Virus record (IMG/VR): IMGVR_UViG_3300044677_000023
Location: 1 to 40,782 of that record
Source of the DNA: a virus
Taxonomy: Duplodnaviria; Caudoviricetes
Strand: one strand, 5' to 3'
DNA: 40,782 nt
Each line of letters opens with the position of its first letter. The stretch's first letter is position 1. The notes under the pieces were generated by a model, which was given only the letters and a program-made list of their open reading frames with translations, was not told where the DNA came from and did not search any database. A program made the position numbers and the translations under genes. Of the stretch, positions 35,568 through 40,782 are shown piece after piece.

Positions 35568-35951
35568 CTAGTTGTTGAGTTTCAGGCCGAAAATCTCGCG
35601 CATTTCTGACGGGAGCCGCTTTGCAGCGTCCTGTCCGGACGGGCTTCGCGCCCATTCGTCACTTTCTTCCGCGGTGGCGTCGAACTCGCCGTTGGCGACG
35701 CGGGCGGCGAACTTAGTGAAGCCTGCGACCGTCAGTTCCGAATAGAGCTGGGTGATTGGGCAGGCATACGTCTCGGCATAGTCATCGAACTCGCCCGTTG
35801 CCGCCCGATTTGCGAAAGCCTCATACTTTGCCGCATTGTCCGGCGACGCTATCGCGGCAACCTTTCGAAGCTCGGCGGCCAAAATATCCCGCGTCCTCAT
35901 CGGTCCAGCCTTCGCCGTTGGTTGCGGTTTCTGCATCTGCGTCGTCTCCAT
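35568..35951 (-). CDS. Hypothetical protein, 127 aa
   Basis: Internal repeat RAATGEFDD / RVANGEFDA. Confidence 0.7.
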   Translation of the reverse strand: METTQMQKPQPTAKAGPMRTRDILAAELRKVAAIASPDNAAKYEAFANRAATGEFDDYAETYACPITQLYSELTVAGFTKFAARVANGEFDATAEESDEWARSPSGQDAAKRLPSEMREIFGLKLNN

Positions 35952-35959
35952 GTGTCTGT

Positions 35960-37351
35960 CTAATCGGGTTGCTTTAATTTGAGCCGGACACCTTTGAAGC
36001 CCCTGCCCTTCGAATTTTTGTATCGATCGGGCACCCGCTTTTCGAGGTTGCCGACGAAGGCCTTTTGCGTTTCAGGCTTTTCGCCGGCTTGCTTTGCGAA
36101 CGAACACCACGACAGATGTAGCGCCGTGCTGGTCTCCATCATGCGGTCGTTGCCGGCCTCGACGTCGCAGCACGTCGCCAACCATTGTCCGAGCAGATCC
36201 TGGTCGTTGAAGTAATCCTCAGTCGCGGCAAGCACGCGCTGCGGCCTCACAAGGCCGTGCTCCTGCCAGTCGAGGCAGCCGTCGACCATCCAGCGAAGGA
36301 TGCCCGGCCATTCGCCCCGCAATTTATCTTCCAGGCTGTGATCCGGCTTTTCTGGCCGGTGGAGGAACGGCACAATATTGAACCGCCGCCGCACCGCCGC
36401 GTCGACGTTTTCCAGCCGCGGCCGATGATTGCCGATGATTGTCAGCTTGAACGTCGGCCTGTACCGGAAAAAGTCACCTCGCATGTAGCGCGCCGAAACC
36501 TCGTCGCCGCCCGTGAGCAGCTTTATCCTTGTCTCTGCCTAGGCGCGGCCGTGTTCGGTTTCGCTCGCTGCAACCAGCCGCGCGCCGCACAGCGCCGCCA
36601 ACTCGGTCGGATGGCGATCGCCGATCGAGACCGTGAAGGTGTCGCTCGGTGCCGGCGTTGAATAATCGGCCATGATCCCGGCCACGGTGTTCAGAAAGAC
36701 GCTCTTGCCGTTGCCGCCGGGCCCGTGCGCAAACACCAAAGCATGTTCACGGATATCGCCGGTCAGGCAATAGCCCGCCCATTGCTGCAGAAACCGCTCC
36801 ATATCCCGGTCGCCGCCCGTGGTTTCGCGCAAGAAGCACTCCCAAACCGGGCAATCGTTGCGCGCGCTCGGCGCCACCGCAGTTGCTTTCGTGATCCCCT
36901 CTGACGGCGCGCTCGGCCGCAAGGCCCCGGTTCGAAGGTCAACGGTGCCTTCCGGCGTGCCTAAGAGATATGGGTCGCGATCCCAGTAATCTGCGGTCAC
37001 CGCAAAGGCGGCGTCACTTTGTGAAAACTTCTCGACGCCGGTCGCGAACGCCGTTTTGCGAAATTCCTTTAGCTCCTTGAGTTCCTTTCCCTCACTCACC
37101 TCGCGCGCGATCTGCCGAACAAATTCGAAGGCGCGATTGATCTCGTCCCGACGCCAGCGGGCGCCGTCGAACTCGAACCATGATCGGGTGCTGTGGCAAT
37201 ATCGGAGGCGATCGGCGTAGCGCCTGGCGAAGATCCCCGCGATGCCGTCTTGGGTCAGCACACCGGTGTTCCGGCCGACTTCCGCGACGACATGCTGCGC
37301 GTCGGCCTTCCGCCGGCGTTCGTCGTCGAGTGAGACCACATCTTCGTTCAT
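35960..37351 (-). pseudogene. P4/D5-family SF3 helicase interrupted by an in-frame TAG (36539-36541)
   Basis: The two ORFs share a frame: HGPGGNGKS...SETEHGRA*AETRIKLLTGGDEVSARYMRGDFF...IIGNH...RRRF. The stop sits where the family normally has Trp. Confidence 0.85.
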
Positions 37352-38832
37352 GCCGTTGTCCGCGCCTCGAGCTCGCGCGCGCGATGCCAAGCCCAGCCCG
37401 GTTTGAAGCCGCGGGCCATCTCAACAATTTTCGCTCGCGCCGGCGTGTCCGACCATGCGACCACTTGCGAATAGCTCATCCGCCGCAGTTCGGTGGCAAG
37501 GCCGGGCGTGCTTGTCAGCTCTCGCCATAGTTCGAGAGAATCGGCCGCGGCAGGCCTGGGCGGGGCGGCGCAGATAGCGCAAAACGGGCCGGGCCGGTTC
37601 ACGGCGCTGCAGGCCTCGCACCGTCGAAGATCATACCGCCGGCTTTGCTTTGAGCGCGGGATACCCTGCAGACTCCAGCGGTGCGGCTCGTCAGGAAGAC
37701 CATGCTTCAAGACGTTGCCGGCGTGATCGAGCACGATCGCGCGATCTTTACCGGGAGAGCTGCGCAGTACCCTGCCTATTTGCTGCTGATGCAATACCAG
37801 GCTTTGCGTCGGCCGCAGCAGGATCGCCGCCGCTAGGACCGGGACGTCGACGCCTTCGCCAAGCAAATTGCAGTTGCATAGGACTTCAATTTCCGAACCG
37901 AGGCCGCGTATCAGTCGCCTGCGCTCACCATGGGGTGTTTCGCCGTCGACGTGCGCGGCTCTAAAACCAGCTGCGGTAAAAGCGGTTTTGATTTGTTCAG
38001 AATGGCGTCGATCGACCGCGAACACTATCGCGGGACTGCCCGGGCATCGATGCGCGTAGTCTTGAACGGCGCAGTCGATCAGCGCCTGGTCGGACATTAC
38101 AGCCGACAGCTGGTCAATTGCGAAGTCGCCAGCTCGTGTCCTGATGCCTGACAGATCGGGCAGCCGCGCCGGCGTATAGACGATCGCCGGCACAAGATGC
38201 TTCGAGGCGGTCAGCGCGGCGACGCTGGGCCCGCAGATCATCGCTTCGCAGGTGTCCAGAGGTTTGCCGTCAAGACGCTGCGGGGTAGCCGTGACGTGCA
38301 GAAAATCGGCATCGGGGAAAGCGTCGAGCGCTCGGCGCCATTGAGGCGAAACGGCGTGGTGACACTCGTCGACCACGACCAACTGAAAGTTATACTTCGT
38401 CACTGCGACGCGGCCGACCAGCGTCGCAACCATCGCCACCTGGACCGCCTCGTCTGTTTGCGGGGCGTCGGGTGCGATGAAACCGTGCTGCACGCCCATC
38501 GATGACAGCGCAGCCGAAACCTGTTCGAGGATCTCCTGCCGGTGCACAATAATCAGAGTGCGCTTGCCGCGGCTAAGGGCCGATCTGGCGATGTAGCAAA
38601 AAAGCACCGTCTTACCGCCGCCTGTCGCGAGCTGGAAGAGGACGCGACTTGCGCCGGCACGGAACAGCTTGCGCAGCCGGACGATGCCCAAGGCCTGATG
38701 CGGCCAAAGGCTGATTTCAGTTTGAGGGGATTTGCCCGGGCTCGAGACTTCGGTTAAACGATGGTCGTGAAACTCGTCGTATATCGAAGAACCCGCCCCC
38801 AGCGAAGGGCGGGTTTTTTGCGAGCCGGCCAA
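37348..38832 (-). CDS. SF2 DEAD/DEAH-box helicase with C-terminal Zn finger
   Basis: LATGGGKT, DECHH, TATP, EGVDVP, QQIGRVLR and CEAC..CAIC; GGAG 7 nt before the TTG at 38832. Confidence 0.9.
   Translation of the reverse strand: MAGSQKTRPSLGAGSSIYDEFHDHRLTEVSSPGKSPQTEISLWPHQALGIVRLRKLFRAGASRVLFQLATGGGKTVLFCYIARSALSRGKRTLIIVHRQEILEQVSAALSSMGVQHGFIAPDAPQTDEAVQVAMVATLVGRVAVTKYNFQLVVVDECHHAVSPQWRRALDAFPDADFLHVTATPQRLDGKPLDTCEAMICGPSVAALTASKHLVPAIVYTPARLPDLSGIRTRAGDFAIDQLSAVMSDQALIDCAVQDYAHRCPGSPAIVFAVDRRHSEQIKTAFTAAGFRAAHVDGETPHGERRRLIRGLGSEIEVLCNCNLLGEGVDVPVLAAAILLRPTQSLVLHQQQIGRVLRSSPGKDRAIVLDHAGNVLKHGLPDEPHRWSLQGIPRSKQSRRYDLRRCEACSAVNRPGPFCAICAAPPRPAAADSLELWRELTSTPGLATELRRMSYSQVVAWSDTPARAKIVEMARGFKPGWAWHRARELEARTTA
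38790..38819 (+). terminator. Intrinsic-terminator-like hairpin in the first helicase codons
   Basis: AACCCGCCC-ccagcgaa-GGGCGGGTT followed by TTTT. Confidence 0.55.
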
Positions 38833-38858
38833 TCAGGTGCTCCACCGGTTCCGGGCCG

Positions 38859-38919
38859 ATGAGCCAACGTCGGGAAAAGCCCTTTTAGGCCTATCCGCCT
38901 CGATAGGCCGGTGAGCCAG
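38859..38919. promoter_or_regulatory. Putative arm-type sites and palindrome in the attR arm
   Basis: ATGAGCCAA at 38859-38867, GTGAGCCAG at 38911-38919, GGCCTATC-N6-GATAGGCC at 38888-38909. Confidence 0.6.
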
Positions 38920-38952
38920 CCTAAGCCTTTGCGGACGGCCAGCGTTCGCCTT

Positions 38953-38967
38953 CTGCTGGGATCGCCA
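38953..38967 (+). repeat. attR core CTGCTGGGATCGCCA
   Basis: Identical to the tRNA 3' end (1656-1670); phage genes lie to the left and host-type genes to the right. Confidence 0.92.
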
Positions 38968-39002
38968 TCAAGCCCTCTCTTCTCTTCGCAACCAGCCAGA
39001 AC

Positions 39003-39197
39003 CTATTTCCGCCCCAGCTCCTCGCGCTCAAGGACGAGCTTGTCGAGCTCAGCCGTCTGCTGGGCAATCCGGTCGGCGGTCCGCTCTTCGTTTTGGCCGC
39101 CCGAGGCGCCGGCGGCCTGCTCGATCAGCTGCCGGATGTTGTCGCGGAGCACCGCGATTCGGTCGTCCAGCTCTGAAGGCGAAAGATTGCTCGGCAT
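39003..39197 (-). CDS. Host hypothetical protein, 64 aa
   Basis: GGAG SD; MPSNLSPSELDDRIAVLRDNIRQLIEQAA, coiled coil. Confidence 0.75.
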   Translation of the reverse strand: MPSNLSPSELDDRIAVLRDNIRQLIEQAAGASGGQNEERTADRIAQQTAELDKLVLEREELGRK

Positions 39198-39441
39198 CGG
39201 CGCGGCTCCAATTTTCGTCACGGCCCGTCACAGAACCCTAACCTCCGCAGCGGCCACTTCCTACCGAAAAACCCCAGCTTGTTGCGCCACAAGCCCTGCC
39301 TCCCGCCATTTTCCGGCCCGGACGAAACAATTCTCCTACCCCACGAAACCATTTTGGGTTCCCGACGCAATCATCCTGAAACCGTCGCCGGGGCATTCTC
39401 TCGCTCAAGGATACGCCGAAAAGGCGACCGGGGAGCTTCAG

Positions 39442-39642
39442 ATGAACCATTCCATTTACAGTGCAGACCGCTCGACCCACCTCAAGATCGTCATTGTCGC
39501 CCTCGTGGCCGGCATCGCGGTGGCGGGTTTCGGCATCTCGGCGCGGTCCGGGTCCGACGACGGCACCACCCAGACCGCCCGCGTCATGAAGGCCGGCAAG
39601 CCGGTGGCGATCACCAGTTCGGGCGCTTCACTCGTCCGCTAG
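39442..39642 (+). CDS. Host small membrane protein
   Basis: GGGGAG SD; MNHSIYSADRSTHLKIVIVALVAG. Confidence 0.8.
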   Translation: MNHSIYSADRSTHLKIVIVALVAGIAVAGFGISARSGSDDGTTQTARVMKAGKPVAITSSGASLVR

Positions 39643-39653
39643 GAGTTTACGCC

Positions 39654-39761
39654 ATGTGGACGGAAACCGACCAACTCAGCAACGCAGGCATGGACCCTGC
39701 CATCTGGTCGATCGTGGCCGCGGTTGGCGTTGCGATTTTCTACGTTGCTTGTCTCGCCTGA
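39654..39761 (+). CDS. Small single-TM protein, 35 aa
   Basis: AGGAG SD, ATG at 39654, one hydrophobic helix. Confidence 0.55.
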   Translation: MWTETDQLSNAGMDPAIWSIVAAVGVAIFYVACLA

Positions 39762-39930
39762 CCGGCTGACCTTCCCTCCCGGCTGATGGTATCGCCGAAG
39801 CGGGTCGTCAGCCGCTTTCGGCTGGTTAACCCCTGGTAACGTCCGGCCAGAAAATCCGCCCGAAATCGGCGCCTGCTCCTTAAAATTTTAGGCTTATTGT
39901 CCTCCAAAATCGCGAAACCGGGGACGGATC

Positions 39931-40155
39931 ATGTCGAGCCAAAAAGCCTTGCCGTTGCAGATAGACAGCGGGCACTGCCGCGCCATCTGCGATGAAATCG
40001 GCGACCGGCTCCGTATCCTTCTCGACAGAGAGGCCGGCGAGATTCCGCAGCGGTTGCGCATGCTCATCGACCGGCTTGCCGAGTTCGATAGCGTCCCGGC
40101 CCCTTCGATCGTGCCGGCCATGGACGATATGATCGTGTGGACCAACGCTGCCTGA
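39931..40155 (+). CDS. Host hypothetical protein, 74 aa
   Basis: HCRAICDEIGDRLR..IPQRLRMLIDRL; loosely NepR-like pattern. Confidence 0.7.
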   Translation: MSSQKALPLQIDSGHCRAICDEIGDRLRILLDREAGEIPQRLRMLIDRLAEFDSVPAPSIVPAMDDMIVWTNAA

Positions 40156-40260
40156 TCTGTCCGGCAGCCAACCAATCCCCGCCATCGTCATCTCGGAATC
40201 GCCGCGCCCCGGCCTTGATTGCGCTGGGCGGCAGCCTCATTGCGGTGGCACCACGCCCAA

Positions 40261-40488
40261 ATGAATTGTTCCGCAGCCCTCCGATGGGCCCTTCTGTGCC
40301 TTGCGTGCCTGGCGCTACCGGCTTGCGCCGGCGGCCGAACGCCGGGCGAAACGATTGCCGACATGCCGCACTGGATGGGCGGCCTGCCGGAGGGCACGCC
40401 GCCGCGGCGCGGCACTCCCGAATATGACGCGATGATGGCAGCGCGCGCGCAGGAAGCCGCACGACCGAAGACCGAGCAGCCGAAATAG
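40261..40488 (+). CDS. Putative lipoprotein
   Basis: LACLALPAC signal; DMPHWMGGLP..PPRRGTPEYD. Confidence 0.7.
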   Translation: MNCSAALRWALLCLACLALPACAGGRTPGETIADMPHWMGGLPEGTPPRRGTPEYDAMMAARAQEAARPKTEQPK

Positions 40489-40628
40489 CCGGCCTTCTCC
40501 CTCCTTTCGGAACCCGGTGTTGCTCCAAATCATCAGTCGGATTCCGATTTTTCCCGCCGGTTCGAAATCCTTTTGACTGTGCGGCCCCGCCTGTCGTTTC
40601 TGTCCCCAGGGGCGCAAGGACAGATGCG

Positions 40629-40748
40629 ATGATCGAGACAGTTACAGCATTTTTCGGCTTCATCAGCGCCAGCATTTTCATTGCGCACGCTTATGAAGGC
40701 TATCGTTCGCGGCCGGTGCTGCAAAGGGAACGATTCCGAAAGCTTTAA
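40629..40748 (+). CDS. Small membrane protein, 39 aa
   Basis: AAGGA SD; MIETVTAFFGFISASIFIAHAYEGYRSR (below the ORF-track cutoff). Confidence 0.55.
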   Translation: MIETVTAFFGFISASIFIAHAYEGYRSRPVLQRERFRKL

Positions 40749-40782
40749 TAAATTCGGTCCAGCATCGCGGTCGGCAGGTGCA

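Larger units (their letters stand above)
1656..38967. mobile_element. Integrated temperate podovirus-type prophage, about 37.3 kb
   Basis: 15-bp direct repeats at both ends, integrase next to the tRNA, and a full terminase-portal-scaffold-capsid-tail-lysis set. No tape measure, sheath or tube gene is evident. Confidence 0.95.

Noticed and set aside
36539-36541. Genome-wide TAG recoding
   Set aside because: TAG is a normal stop elsewhere (28507, 34790, 35568 and 35960, the same gene's end), and no suppressor tRNA is seen.
38953-38967. Second tRNA
   Set aside because: Only the last 15 nt match; it is the att duplication.
38911-39441. 243-aa ORF 38911-39642 crossing attR
   Set aside because: Only the last 66 codons (ATG at 39442, with SD) look like a real protein; the rest is antisense to another gene.

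Overview
GC-rich alphaproteobacterial DNA; the flanking genes look Bradyrhizobium-like, which is an inference. Most of the window is an apparently complete ~37.3 kb podovirus-type prophage inserted at the 3' end of tRNA-Arg(TCT) (1594-1670) and bounded by a 15-bp direct repeat (1656-1670 and 38953-38967). Left to right: the 5' part of a host alpha-2-macroglobulin gene; the tRNA; integrase, xis-like gene and a divergent Arc/Arc switch with a perfect 16-bp operator-like inverted repeat; a small accessory cluster; a large lysis cassette with a two-enzyme endolysin; tailspike and tail fibre; P22-order ejection and tail genes; capsid, scaffold, portal and terminase; a late-regulator candidate; an iteron origin; a D5/P4-type helicase broken by one TGG>TAG change; a DEAD/H helicase; attR; and small host genes. 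The most striking feature is that integration cuts the phage's main leftward transcription unit. On re-circularisation the integrase stop overlaps (ATGA) the start of an SD-equipped 46-codon ORF that exists only across attP and ends directly at the helicase start, which suggests replication is gated by excision. All product calls come from motif recognition and gene order; no database searches were run.
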